From Eubacteriales bacterium (GTDB lineage Bacteria; Bacillota; Clostridia; Saccharofermentanales; DTU023), in the NCBI GenBank assembly GCA_028706195.1, contig JAQWBU010000001.1, positions 1 through 61,473 on the forward strand: a stretch of DNA of 61,473 bases, in the 5' to 3' direction. Made by a program: the position numbers and the translations under genes. Shown in pieces: positions 48,403-61,473 of this stretch; the stretch's first letter is position 1; each line of letters opens with the position of its first letter. The notes under the pieces are model-generated. The model did not search any database. It saw nothing but the letters and a program-made list of their open reading frames with translations, and was not told the origin of the DNA.

Positions 48403-51027
48403 GTGGCAAAAAATGAACTTCTCTTGATAGTCGATACGAACAGTCTGCTGAACAGAGCGTATTACGCTCTGGCCGGGCGCAGCAATATGAAAGCTCCCGA
48501 CGGCACACCCACGGGAGCGCTGTATCCCTTTCTCAACATGATATTCCAATATCTGGACATGTATGAGCCCAAGTACCTGGCTGCAGCCTTCGATTTACCG
48601 GGGGATACATTCAGACATCGCGAATTTGAGGAATACAAGGCAGGACGCAGACCGATGCCGGATGACCTGGCACTGCAGTTCCCGTTTGCCAGGGATTTGC
48701 TGGACGCACTGGGCTTTGTCACCGTGGCCGTTGAAGAATATGAAGCTGACGACATAGTCGGTACTCTGGCCCGGGAAGCGGAAGAAGCAGATCTGGATGT
48801 CATTATTTTGTCAGGCGACCGAGATCTTTTCCAACTGATAGGACCTCGAACTAAAGTTCAATTTTTGTCTTCATCCAAATCAGGTCCTCAATCACAGCAA
48901 ATCACAGAAGATAACTTGCTGGAAAAGTACGGTGTAAGAGCTGATCAGTGGGTAGATGTTAAAGCCCTGATGGGCGATTCCTCGGATAATATTCCCGGGG
49001 TCAAGGGAGTAGGCGAGAAGACAGCGCTAAAATTGATACAGGAATATGGCAGTGTTGCAGAAGTTTTTAAGAATGTTGAGGATCAAAAAGGTGCGCTGAA
49101 AAAGAACTTGGAAGCCGGAAAACAGGACGCTCTTGTTTCCTACAAACTCTGCCAGATAGAAAGAGAAGTTGACATTCCGGAAGATTTGAATCCGCTGAGC
49201 AGATCGGGCGAAAAATTCAGAAATAATAAAGTTTTGGCAAATCTCTTCGCGCAACTGGGTTTTCGCAGCTACTTTGAGCGCTTCCCGGAGCTGCAGGAGT
49301 ATCTGGGAGAAGAGGCTCAGGCAGGCCGTCGTTTGTTGCAAAAGGCAGAGAGCCTGAAGCAGTTTGATTCAGTCGAAGAATTCCAGACTTCTGCGGATAG
49401 AACAGGTGTAGCTTCTTTTTTCCTGCCCACAGACTCACTGGAAGGTATTTTCATAACAGAAGAAGGATTTTATCCGGTCGCGGACGTGAAACAGTCAGCT
49501 GAGATCCTGGAGCAAAACAAAACCACACTGGTCACTTGGGATATTAAGCAACAACTGCGTGAGCAGAAGAGCTTCGCTCAGATTATGAATGTATTTGATT
49601 CAATGGTGGCAACTTATCTGCTGCAGGAAGACGGCCGCAACAGTGATTTCGACTACAGTATGCAGGCTGTTCTGGGTGATGATTATATGCCGGCCTCTTC
49701 CTATGATAATGACCTGCCGCTTCTGGCAGATCATGCTGAGATCAGGAAGAAGCAAGGCTATCAGCTGCTGATGGCTTATCCCAGGCAGAAGCAGGACATT
49801 GTGGATCATGATCTTGAGTATCTGGCGGATATCGAGATGCGGCTGGCTGTGATTCTGGCAGCTATGGAGGTGCGCGGTATCCTGGTAGACAAGAATATGC
49901 TGGATTGCAACTCCGCTGACATGCAGCTGGAACTGGACACGCTCGAAAGAAGCATTTATGATCTGGCGGGTCACGAATTCAATATCAATTCACCCCAGCA
50001 GTTGTCGAAGATTCTCTTTGAAGAAAAGCAGCTGCCCCCGGGGAAAAAGATTGCTTCGGGTTACAGCACAGCAGCAGATGAGCTGCAGCGGCTATATCAT
50101 CTGGATCCCATAATCCCCCTGATTCTCGAATATCGCGAACTGTCAAAATTGCGCGGAACTTTTGTGGAAGGTTTGCTGAAAGAGATCGGACAGGATGGCA
50201 GGGTTCACACAAACTTCAACCAGACCGTAACGACGACCGGTCGTTTGTCCAGTTCCAATCCCAATCTGCAAAATATCCCGATCCGTACTGAACGGGGCCG
50301 GGAAATCCGTAAGGTGTTCATAGCGCCTCCGGGCCGACTGCTGGTCGGCGCCGACTATTCGCAAATAGAATTACGTCTCCTGGCACATCTGTCACAGGAT
50401 GAGGCGATGCTGGAGGCATTTAGAGCAGATGAAGATATTCATAGAATCACCGCGGCAACTCTCTTTCATAAGGATGAAGCGGAGGTGACAAGTGATGAGC
50501 GCAGCGCGGCGAAAACAGTAAATTTCAGCATTACCTACGGCATCAGCGAATTCGGCCTGGCCCGTGATCTGGGTATTTCCAGACAAGAAGCGGGCGGCTA
50601 CATTAAACGCTATCATGAAAAATATCCCAAGGTGATAGCCTGGCTGGATAAGCAGGCGGAGATCGGCAAAGAACAGGGTTATGTGGAAACGCTTTTCCAT
50701 CGCAGGCGTTATTTGCCCGAACTGGCCTCGCAGAACTATAATGTCTATCAATTTGGAGTACGCGCTGCGATGAATGCGCCGGTGCAGGGTACTGCCGCGG
50801 ATTTAATAAAAATTGCTATGGTTAAGGCAGTTGAAGAAATATCAGGTGCAGATCTGGATGCAAATATTCTGCTGCAGGTTCACGATGAACTGATACTGGA
50901 AGCAGCTGAGCAGGATGCTGCAGAAGTAGCTGTAGTTTTAAAGCGAGTGATGGAAGAGGCAATTGATCTGGACGTTCCGCTTGTCGCTGACACAAAAATC
51001 GGACCAAACTGGGGCGAAATGGAGTAA
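48403..51027 (+). CDS. polA: DNA polymerase I
   Basis: 5'-nuclease LLLIVDTNSLLNRAYYAL and GDSSDNIPGVKGVGEKTA. Polymerase motifs DYSQIELRLLAH, RSAAKTVNFSITYG and QVHDELILE. GTG 48403 lies 6 nt after AGGAG. Confidence 0.96.
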   Translation: MAKNELLLIVDTNSLLNRAYYALAGRSNMKAPDGTPTGALYPFLNMIFQYLDMYEPKYLAAAFDLPGDTFRHREFEEYKAGRRPMPDDLALQFPFARDLLDALGFVTVAVEEYEADDIVGTLAREAEEADLDVIILSGDRDLFQLIGPRTKVQFLSSSKSGPQSQQITEDNLLEKYGVRADQWVDVKALMGDSSDNIPGVKGVGEKTALKLIQEYGSVAEVFKNVEDQKGALKKNLEAGKQDALVSYKLCQIEREVDIPEDLNPLSRSGEKFRNNKVLANLFAQLGFRSYFERFPELQEYLGEEAQAGRRLLQKAESLKQFDSVEEFQTSADRTGVASFFLPTDSLEGIFITEEGFYPVADVKQSAEILEQNKTTLVTWDIKQQLREQKSFAQIMNVFDSMVATYLLQEDGRNSDFDYSMQAVLGDDYMPASSYDNDLPLLADHAEIRKKQGYQLLMAYPRQKQDIVDHDLEYLADIEMRLAVILAAMEVRGILVDKNMLDCNSADMQLELDTLERSIYDLAGHEFNINSPQQLSKILFEEKQLPPGKKIASGYSTAADELQRLYHLDPIIPLILEYRELSKLRGTFVEGLLKEIGQDGRVHTNFNQTVTTTGRLSSSNPNLQNIPIRTERGREIRKVFIAPPGRLLVGADYSQIELRLLAHLSQDEAMLEAFRADEDIHRITAATLFHKDEAEVTSDERSAAKTVNFSITYGISEFGLARDLGISRQEAGGYIKRYHEKYPKVIAWLDKQAEIGKEQGYVETLFHRRRYLPELASQNYNVYQFGVRAAMNAPVQGTAADLIKIAMVKAVEEISGADLDANILLQVHDELILEAAEQDAAEVAVVLKRVMEEAIDLDVPLVADTKIGPNWGEME

Positions 51028-51036
51028 TCGAGAGAG

Positions 51037-51654
51037 ATGTTTGTTATAGGTATCACAGGTGGCATAGGCACAGGAAAAACGACTGTTGCTTCAATTGTCA
51101 AGGCAGTGGGTATCCCGGTTTTGGATGCTGATCAGATTTCGCATGAACTGACCGATAAGCCAAGTCCTACACTAGATAAAATATTCGCTGTTTTCGGTGA
51201 AGACTTAAAGAATGAAGCCGGTACGCTGGACCGCAGCAAAATGGCGGATCTGGTTTTTCAAAACAAAAGAGCTTTGGATCAACTGGAAAGCATCGTGCAT
51301 GAGGATGTTATGAATTTCATCATTTCAGAGCTGAATCAGGCCCGCCGGACAAAAACGCGTGTTATTGCTCTGGATGTACCGATTCCTGTTAAACATGGCT
51401 TTCTGGACCAATCTGATCTGGTGTGGGTGGTGACCTGTTCCAGAGAAAAGAGAATTCAACGTCTGATGCGCCGCGGTCTGAGCCAGGAGGACGCTGAACG
51501 GCGTCTGGCTGTGCAGATGACAGACGAGGAGTATCAGGCGATAGCTGACTACGTGATTGATAATAACGGCAGTCTGGAAGAGCTCTATCAGAAAGTACGC
51601 TCCCGGCTGAAGCTGGAGCTAGAATCCAGAGGGATTAAACTGGCGGGCTTATGA
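51037..51654 (+). CDS. coaE: Dephospho-CoA kinase
   Basis: IGITGGIGTGKTTV and LDADQISHEL. About 200 aa, downstream of polA as in many bacteria. Confidence 0.9.
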   Translation: MFVIGITGGIGTGKTTVASIVKAVGIPVLDADQISHELTDKPSPTLDKIFAVFGEDLKNEAGTLDRSKMADLVFQNKRALDQLESIVHEDVMNFIISELNQARRTKTRVIALDVPIPVKHGFLDQSDLVWVVTCSREKRIQRLMRRGLSQEDAERRLAVQMTDEEYQAIADYVIDNNGSLEELYQKVRSRLKLELESRGIKLAGL

Positions 51655-51670
51655 GCAGCGACTTCGTAAA

Positions 51671-52762
51671 CTAGACGTTAAAACGGAAGAGAACTACGTC
51701 ACCGTCCTGCATTACGTAACTTTTGCCCTCTTTGCGAACTAAACCTTTTTCTTTGGCTTTATTAATTGAGCCCAGTTCAGCCACGGTCGTGTAAGGTACA
51801 ACCTCTGCAGCAATAAAGCCACGCTCAAAGTCGCTGTGAATGACTCCGGCAGCCTGAGGAGCCTTGTAGCCCTTGGGAATGGTCCAGGCTTTGGTCTCTT
51901 TTGGCCCTGCGGTGAGAAAGCTGATCAGCCCCAAAGTCTTGTAACTGGCCTTGATTAAGCGATCGAGACCACTTTCTTTCAAGCCGATCCCGGCTAAATA
52001 CTCAGCCTGATCCTCGGCCGCCAGTTCCTGTATTTCTGCTTCAATTTGCGCGCTGATGACGATTACTTCCACATTATCTTTCGCAAAATAATCGGTCAGG
52101 GCCCCGGAAAGCTCATTGCCGGAGGCGGCATCTTCCTCAGCTACGTTAGCGACCACCAGGATAGGTTTGGATGTGAGCAGGAAGAAGTCCTTCATCATTA
52201 GTTTTTCTTCTTCAGTCTCCATAATATAGTCGCGGGCGGGCTGCTCATTTTCCAGAAAGGCGAGCAGTGATTTGATAAATTTCACTTCGGCCAGCAGCTT
52301 GGGGTCCTGACTTTTGGCCATGCGTTCGACCTTGTCCAAACGGCGGTCCAGCAACTCGATATCTGACAGAATCAATTCCAGTTCAACTGTCTCGAAATCT
52401 CTGATCGGATCAACGCTGCCGACGACATGTGAGATGTTTTCGTCCTCGAAACAGCGACAAACATGCACAATGGCGTCTACCTCGCGAATATTAGCCAGAA
52501 ACTTGTTACCCAGTCCTTCACCATGGCTGGCGCCTTTTACCAATCCGGCTATATCAAAAAACTCAATTGTCGCCTTGGTGATTTTTTCTGAATGCTCCTG
52601 TTCAGCGAGTACTTCCAGACGCTCATCAGGCACACCGACCACACCAACATTAGGCTCTATGGTGCAAAAGGGGTAGTTGGCTATTTCAGCCCCCGCCTTT
52701 GTAATTGCATTAAATAAAGTGGATTTTCCGACATTGGGCAAACCCACAATTCCCAGTTTCAT
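51671..52762 (-). CDS. ychF: Redox-regulated ribosome-binding ATPase YchF
   Basis: [38 protein letters not shown] and C-terminal [12 protein letters not shown]...[14 protein letters not shown]. The start is set at the conserved MKLGIVG (ATG 52762). Confidence 0.95.
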   Translation of the reverse strand: MKLGIVGLPNVGKSTLFNAITKAGAEIANYPFCTIEPNVGVVGVPDERLEVLAEQEHSEKITKATIEFFDIAGLVKGASHGEGLGNKFLANIREVDAIVHVCRCFEDENISHVVGSVDPIRDFETVELELILSDIELLDRRLDKVERMAKSQDPKLLAEVKFIKSLLAFLENEQPARDYIMETEEEKLMMKDFFLLTSKPILVVANVAEEDAASGNELSGALTDYFAKDNVEVIVISAQIEAEIQELAAEDQAEYLAGIGLKESGLDRLIKASYKTLGLISFLTAGPKETKAWTIPKGYKAPQAAGVIHSDFERGFIAAEVVPYTTVAELGSINKAKEKGLVRKEGKSYVMQDGDVVLFRFNV

Positions 52763-52977
52763 AAATATGCTCCATCCTGTAAATTGCCCCATTTCATAAG
52801 GCACCCGGAAGATGATATCACTAAAAGTGACCACCGTCATGATTATGATATTAAATTAGTCAAAAAACATTAATCACATCCTCTATCCCGTAATCAATGT
52901 GACAATTTGACTTCTATAAAAGCATTACGACGCAAACAGCATCGTCTCTGAGAGCGGAATTGTCTGATCATAGGTCT

Positions 52978-54573
52978 ATGAAAAAATCACAATATTCAAA
53001 AACATGCACTTGTGCGCTGGTAGGAATTGATGGCTTTCTGATTGAAATAGAACTGTGTCTCTTGCCCGGTCTGCCAAGCTTTGAAGTAGGCGGCAATTGT
53101 GACAGGGCGGTAAGAGAATCCCGGGACCGGGTGCGAGCGGCAATCAATAACAGCTTTTACGCATTTCCCAAAGGCAGAGTTCTTGCGTCTTATTGCCCGG
53201 CCACCTTTCCCAAAAGCGGCAGCGCTTTTGATTTGCCTTTGGCTCTCGCAGTATTGGAAGCCTCCGGACAGATTTGCAGACCTCTTGGAGCCTCTCCGAT
53301 CGCATCTTTCGGGGAACTAAGCCTAGATGGACGGGTTCATACAGTTCCGGGTATCCTCAACCGCTTGCTAGCCCTTGAAAAGGCCGGAATTAAAGATGTC
53401 ATAGGACCGCCTTGCGAACTGGACTTTCACAAATTTCTCACTAGCTGCCGTTACCATATAGTTACAAGCCTATCTGAAGCTGTCGAGATTTACTCAGGCA
53501 TCGTACCTTCCGATGATTCTATTAGAAACAGGCAGATTGAGTTCTCCAAAAATACTGAGCAGGAAAGCTCCGATAGCAGTTTTTCCATGCTGAATCGTCT
53601 GACAGGGCAGGAAGCAGGCATCAGAGCTATCACCATCGCCGCGGCCGGGTGGCATCCATTACTCCTCATGGGGGCTCCGGGTTGTGGCAAGACCAGTCTG
53701 GCATCAGCAGTGGCAGAGATATTACCGCCTTTGACGGAAGAGGAAATCCTTGAGGTTCTTCTGATTGAGCAGGTCTCCAAAATTACTTCTAAGCGTCGGA
53801 ATTTGGCGGAGCGTCCCTTTCGCAGGCCACACCACTCTATTACAGCCAGTGCGCTGCTTGGAGGCGGAGTGCCGCCTAAGCTGGGAGAATGCACTCTGGC
53901 ACATTGCGGCGTGCTGTTTCTGGATGAGCTGACGGAAGTCAGACCGCAGGCACTCGATGTCCTGAGGGAGCCGATGGAATTGAAACGCATTCATTTAGCG
54001 CGTTCCAGCTGGAGGGTCTCTTATCCGGCGGACTTTCTCCTCATAGCAGCCTGCAACCCCTGCCGTTGCGGTGAGCGGCTTGAACCTGATGCTAGTTGCC
54101 GTTGTTCGGAATATTCAGTGGAAAGGCACCTCGATCGCATCAGCGGACCCCTGTACGATCGTTTTGATCTGGTGGCTCAGCTGAACCGTGTTAAGGCACC
54201 TACTTTGGAAGCTTCTCTGGATCAAAGTGACGATACCCGGGCTGTATCCATTCAGACAGCGATCAGATTTGCCTGGGAAAGGCAGAAAAAGCGCTGCAAA
54301 GATTTCGGAGAAAAGTTTTTCTTTAATAGTCTTATACCTATTAATCAGTTGATGGCGTTCATGCAGATGAATGAGACCTGCCTTAAATTCATCAGCGAAC
54401 TCGCTGAAGAAATGCGCTTTTCCTTCAGAGCTTTCCACAGCGTACTTCGTGTAGCGCGAACTATAGCTGATCTGCGCGGGGCCGAAGCGGTAGCAGAAGA
54501 AGATCTGGCGCTCGCTTTGGAATATCGGCTGACACTGCCTTCAATCTTATCTGAAAGGAACAATACAGCTTAA
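52978..54573 (+). CDS. comM: YifB/ComM-family Mg-chelatase-like AAA+ ATPase
   Basis: N-terminal CALVGIDGFLIEIE...RESRDRVRAAI...FDLPLALAVL. Walker A GAPGCGKT. GVLFLDELTE. The Cys-rich insert NPCRCG...CRCS. The start is uncertain (TTG 52960 or ATG 52978). Confidence 0.88.
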   Translation: MKKSQYSKTCTCALVGIDGFLIEIELCLLPGLPSFEVGGNCDRAVRESRDRVRAAINNSFYAFPKGRVLASYCPATFPKSGSAFDLPLALAVLEASGQICRPLGASPIASFGELSLDGRVHTVPGILNRLLALEKAGIKDVIGPPCELDFHKFLTSCRYHIVTSLSEAVEIYSGIVPSDDSIRNRQIEFSKNTEQESSDSSFSMLNRLTGQEAGIRAITIAAAGWHPLLLMGAPGCGKTSLASAVAEILPPLTEEEILEVLLIEQVSKITSKRRNLAERPFRRPHHSITASALLGGGVPPKLGECTLAHCGVLFLDELTEVRPQALDVLREPMELKRIHLARSSWRVSYPADFLLIAACNPCRCGERLEPDASCRCSEYSVERHLDRISGPLYDRFDLVAQLNRVKAPTLEASLDQSDDTRAVSIQTAIRFAWERQKKRCKDFGEKFFFNSLIPINQLMAFMQMNETCLKFISELAEEMRFSFRAFHSVLRVARTIADLRGAEAVAEEDLALALEYRLTLPSILSERNNTA

Positions 54574-55736
54574 TGTCTGTTTCTTGTACGGAAAACAATA
54601 ATGAACTCCTGCTGGCCCAAGCCTTTGTTCTTGCCTCCAATAAGTGCAAAATCTCTTTAAGCGACAGGCGTGAACTACTGAGACAAGCTTCCACTTTGTC
54701 CAATCTCCTCCTAAAGCTTAAACCTGAACCTGGCGAAGACAGTGAAATTTCTCTGCGCGAGGATGTTTTTATAAATTTTCAAATATCTTTTCGAGAAGCT
54801 TATAAGAAGCTGCGATCTGAAAGCGAGAGTTTGCCCCGTGATGTAACTGTGACACTGTGTAACGATGATAATTTCCCCCGGCGCTTGCTGGATATTGACT
54901 CTTGTCCCCCTCTTTTATTCGGGCAGGGAGACAATTGGGACATTCTCAACTCCTCTTATGTAGTTTCTGTCGTCGGTAGTAGAACTCCAAGTCACTATGG
55001 AATGGAAGTGACCCGCTGTCTGGTAGCGGATCTGGCACTGGCGGATGTAGTCGTAGTGTCCGGAGGAGCTGTCGGCATTGATACCCTGGCACATCGTCAC
55101 TCTGTGGCAAAAGGGGGCCGAACCTGTGCTGTATTGGGATCCGGGCTGAACCGACCGTACCCGCACAGCAACAAGAGTTTGTTTAAGGAAATTTGTTCCA
55201 GCGGCGGTCTGGTCATTTCGGAGTTTTTGCCTGACACTCCTCCCAAAAAACAGAATTTTCCTCAACGCAACCGGCTGATAGCTGCGCTGTCTGATGCGCT
55301 CGTAGTGACTGAAGCAGGCGAGAAGAGCGGTACACTTATCACTGCGGACTTTGCAGCTGACTATGGCCGGGACGTTTTTGCAGTACCCGGTTCAATTTTT
55401 TCCGGGCGCAGCCGTGCCTGTCATCAACTGATTCAGGAAGGCGCATCTCTCTTGCAAAGCGCTGACGATCTCGAAATTATCCGGCCGAGACAAATGGAGT
55501 TTCCGCTGTCGACCGGGAAAGAAGGGGGTGTCGGGGTCGGAGCAAGAAGAAATCTCAGCGAAGAAGAACTTCTGGTCCTTCAGTGTTTATGCATAGCACC
55601 TGCCGGTCTTAGCGACCTGAGCCGCAGATGTGAGCTGCCGGTGGAAAGACTGGCACTTGTTCTGGCACATCTGCAAAGAGACGGCTTTGTCGAGCGGGCT
55701 CGAGGTCTTTATACCTCGCGTGTCTCTGCTTTCTAG
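54573..55736 (+). CDS. dprA: DNA-processing protein DprA (Smf)
   Basis: VSVVGSRTPSHYG, VVSGGAVGIDTLAH, PYPHSNKSLF, FPQRNRLIAALSDALVVTEAGEKSGTLITA and a C-terminal winged helix. The start overlaps the comM stop (TAATG). Confidence 0.88.
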   Translation: MSVSCTENNNELLLAQAFVLASNKCKISLSDRRELLRQASTLSNLLLKLKPEPGEDSEISLREDVFINFQISFREAYKKLRSESESLPRDVTVTLCNDDNFPRRLLDIDSCPPLLFGQGDNWDILNSSYVVSVVGSRTPSHYGMEVTRCLVADLALADVVVVSGGAVGIDTLAHRHSVAKGGRTCAVLGSGLNRPYPHSNKSLFKEICSSGGLVISEFLPDTPPKKQNFPQRNRLIAALSDALVVTEAGEKSGTLITADFAADYGRDVFAVPGSIFSGRSRACHQLIQEGASLLQSADDLEIIRPRQMEFPLSTGKEGGVGVGARRNLSEEELLVLQCLCIAPAGLSDLSRRCELPVERLALVLAHLQRDGFVERARGLYTSRVSAF

Positions 55737-55884
55737 CTTATTTAATAGTTTTCGTTTTCCGTCTGTGATATTTTTACTAAGAAGCCATAAATGTTATGGT
55801 TTTTGACAAAAGGCCTTTGAATAATGTATATATGTTTAACTGTAGCGGCATCAATCGCTTATTTATTATATGGAAAGAAGATTT

Positions 55885-58109
55885 ATGGCCAAATCATTAG
55901 TAATAGTAGAATCTCCGGCGAAAGCCAAAACAATCGGACGTTATCTGGGTGACAATTATGTCCTGCGCTCTTCAGTGGGACATATTCGCGATCTGCCTTC
56001 AGGGACGCTGGGTGTCAATGTAAATAATAATTTTAAGCCACTTTATGTGAATATGCCCGGCAAAGAAAAGATCGTACGCGATCTCAAGACTCAGGCCGAA
56101 AAGGCAGACACAGTCCTGCTCGCAACGGACCCTGACCGTGAAGGTGAGGCTATTGCGCGACATCTGGCTCATATACTTGATCTCGATCCCAATGAAGATA
56201 TTCGCATATCATTTAATGAGATTACTGCCGATTCAGTCAAAAAGGCGGTAGAAGAGCCGCGTCCCATTGATCTGGATTTGGTTAACGCTCAGCAGGCCAG
56301 ACGCATCCTGGACCGGCTGGTCGGCTACGAGCTCAGTCCCTTATTGTGGCAGAAAATTCGCAAGGGACTTTCAGCCGGCCGCGTCCAGTCAGTGGCAACA
56401 CGTCTGATCGTTCTGCGTGAACGCGAGATAGAAGCGTTCGTACCCGAAGAGTACTGGTTGCTTTCAGCCTACTTGCGTCGTGAAGCCAAGGAAAAGGAAT
56501 TTTTCTCCCGCTATCACGGAGAAATGGAAGACGGCAAAGTCAAAGCACATCGCCCCGGTTCCCGTGAAGAAGTGACTGAGTTAATTAAAGATATCAAGTC
56601 ACACGATTTCATTGTGGAAGAAGTTAAGAAGGGTACACGTCAGCGCAGGCCCTACGCACCGTATACAACCAGCACACTGCAGCAGGACGCCTCACGGGTG
56701 CTTGGTTTTACCGCCAAGCGCACAATGCGCGCCGCGCAGCAGCTGTACGAAGGAGTCGAGCTGGGAGCCAGCGGTCAGACATCCCTCGTTACATATATCA
56801 GAACGGACTCTGTACGCGTGTCGCAAGCTTCAGTTGACTCTGCCCGTGACTACATCAAAACAAAGCATGGAGCTGAGTATGTGCCGGATAAAGCTCCTTT
56901 TTATAAGAATAAAAAGGCAGCTCAGGACGCGCATGAGGCGATCCGCCCCTCACATTTTGACAAGGCCCCGGAAGCCGTGGAGGATTACCTGACACGTGAT
57001 CAGTTCAAACTCTACGAGCTGATTTGGAACCGCTTTATATCATCCCAGATGAAGCCGGCCAAATATGCTACTTTGCGGGTCGATATCCTGTCAGGCACAC
57101 ATCTCTTCCGCAGCAACGGCGAGAATCTTTTGTTCCCGGGCTGGCTCCTGCAAACGGGAGCTCTTGATTTGCCTTCCAAAGCTAAGGAAGATGCGGATGA
57201 TGTTGTTACTATGGATATGCCTGAACTCAAAAAGGGCATGAAAGTCCTGCTCGATCGTCTTGAGCCGGAACAGAAGTTCACTCAGCCGCCGGGACGATAC
57301 ACGGAGGCTTCCCTGATTAAAGAACTCGAAAATCTTGGCATCGGCAGACCTTCAACTTATGCGCCGACGATATCAACTATTCAGGATCGCCAGTATGTCG
57401 AGCGAGAAGGAAGAACCCTATTTCCAACGGATCTGGGCATTCTGGTCAACGATATGCTGGAAGACAATTTCAGCAATATTGTTGATACTGACTTCACAGC
57501 TAAGATGGAAGAGCGACTCGATGATGTGGAGGAAGGCAAGGAAGACTGGGTCAAGGTTCTGTCCGATTTTTACGGACCCTTCCACGAACAGATTGAGACA
57601 GCTAAGACTTCGATTGAGAAAATCGAGATTCCGGACGAACCCACCGGACGCAAATGCCCCGAATGTGATGAAGGGGAACTCGTCATACGTATGGGCCGTT
57701 ATGGCAAATTTATCGCCTGTGACCGCTATCCGGAATGCAAATATACTGAAACCATCTTTGAAGAAGCGCCGGCAAAATGTCCTTTGTGCGCATCACAGGT
57801 CGTTTATCGCAAAAGTAAACGGGGTCGTGTCTTCTATACTTGCGATAAATCTAACGACAAAGACTGCAAATTCATCGATTGGAACCTTCCCCTAGACGGT
57901 AAGAACTGTCCCGAATGCGGCAGCTATATGGTCGAACGCAATTATCGCGGCCAAAAGAGCGAAATGTGTTCCAATAAAGAATGTCCCACCAGGAAAAAGA
58001 CAAAGAAAAATGCCACTAAGAGCAAAAGCAAATCTGAAAAAGCCAAATCAGTTACCGCCACATCAAAGAAGAAATCAAGCTCTAAAAAGGATAGCAGCGA
58101 GGACGAAGA

Positions 58110-58113
<4 letters not shown>
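55885..58113 (+). CDS. topA: DNA topoisomerase I
   Basis: LVIVESPAKAKTIGRYLG, GHIRDLP, the TOPRIM motif ATDPDREGEAIA, the active-site region YIRTDS, and three C-terminal C4 zinc ribbons plus a Lys/Ser-rich tail. Confidence 0.96.

Positions 58114-61473
<3,360 letters not shown>

Overview
This 61.5-kb window looks like chromosomal core DNA, with most genes on the + strand. The organism is probably a Firmicutes/Clostridia-like bacterium. That is an inference from strong GGAGG ribosome-binding sites, tRNAs with encoded CCA, comM-dprA-topA-trmFO synteny, a Bacillus-type PerR box and a Spo0A-C-like protein.

I can support about 50 protein genes:
- Metabolism: tdh-kbl, pgi, fba, coaE.
- Oxidative stress: a PerR-type operon.
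- Translation: infC-rpmI-rplT, valS, ychF, a TrmH-type methyltransferase.
- tRNA modification: trmFO-queA, tgt.
- DNA metabolism: uvrA, ligA, polA, topA, comM, dprA, hup.
- Envelope: capD-like gene, SEDS + class B PBP, MBOAT + DHHW-like gene.
- Transport: CorC + P-type Ca-ATPase, and an iron/siderophore-type ABC importer.
- Other: an ECF sigma/anti-sigma pair and a Clp-type AAA+ unfoldase.

There are also two tRNAs (Lys-CUU and Glu-CUC), several sigma-70-type promoters and several intrinsic terminators. Five gene pairs are translationally coupled through 4-nt ATGA/GTGA overlaps, at 9712, 15624, 26532, 44760 and 58110.

I found no CRISPR array, transposase, integrase, phage gene or recognisable defence gene. 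I therefore cannot point to a clear multi-gene novel system. The observations most worth a second look are:
1. An in-frame TGA (7263-7265) splits a lipoprotein MBL/ComEC-type hydrolase from a start-less 119-codon Thr-rich linker plus Cys/His module. It sits in a low-GC DUF3006-MBL-DUF3006 cassette next to the 3' end of tRNA-Lys.
2. A single 810-codon ORF fuses TrmFO to QueA, directly upstream of tgt.
3. The PerR-box-controlled operon encodes two atypical rubredoxin/rubrerythrin/ferredoxin chimeras and faces a radical-SAM gene with CX4CX2C cysteine spacing.
4. A Clp ATPase has a ClpX-like zinc ribbon plus an acidic tract where the Clp_N domain would be, and is translationally coupled to an NfeD-like membrane protein.
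5. Smaller oddities:
   - an orphan Spo0A-C-domain protein behind a 10-bp perfect palindrome over its SD;
   - a degenerate FHA-SEDS fusion;
   - a DHHW-like gene lacking its catalytic part;
   - a SASA-like protein with the nucleophile Ser replaced by Asp;
   - a remnant of an MDR oxidoreductase gene.

All functional calls come from reading motifs by eye. No database search was run.
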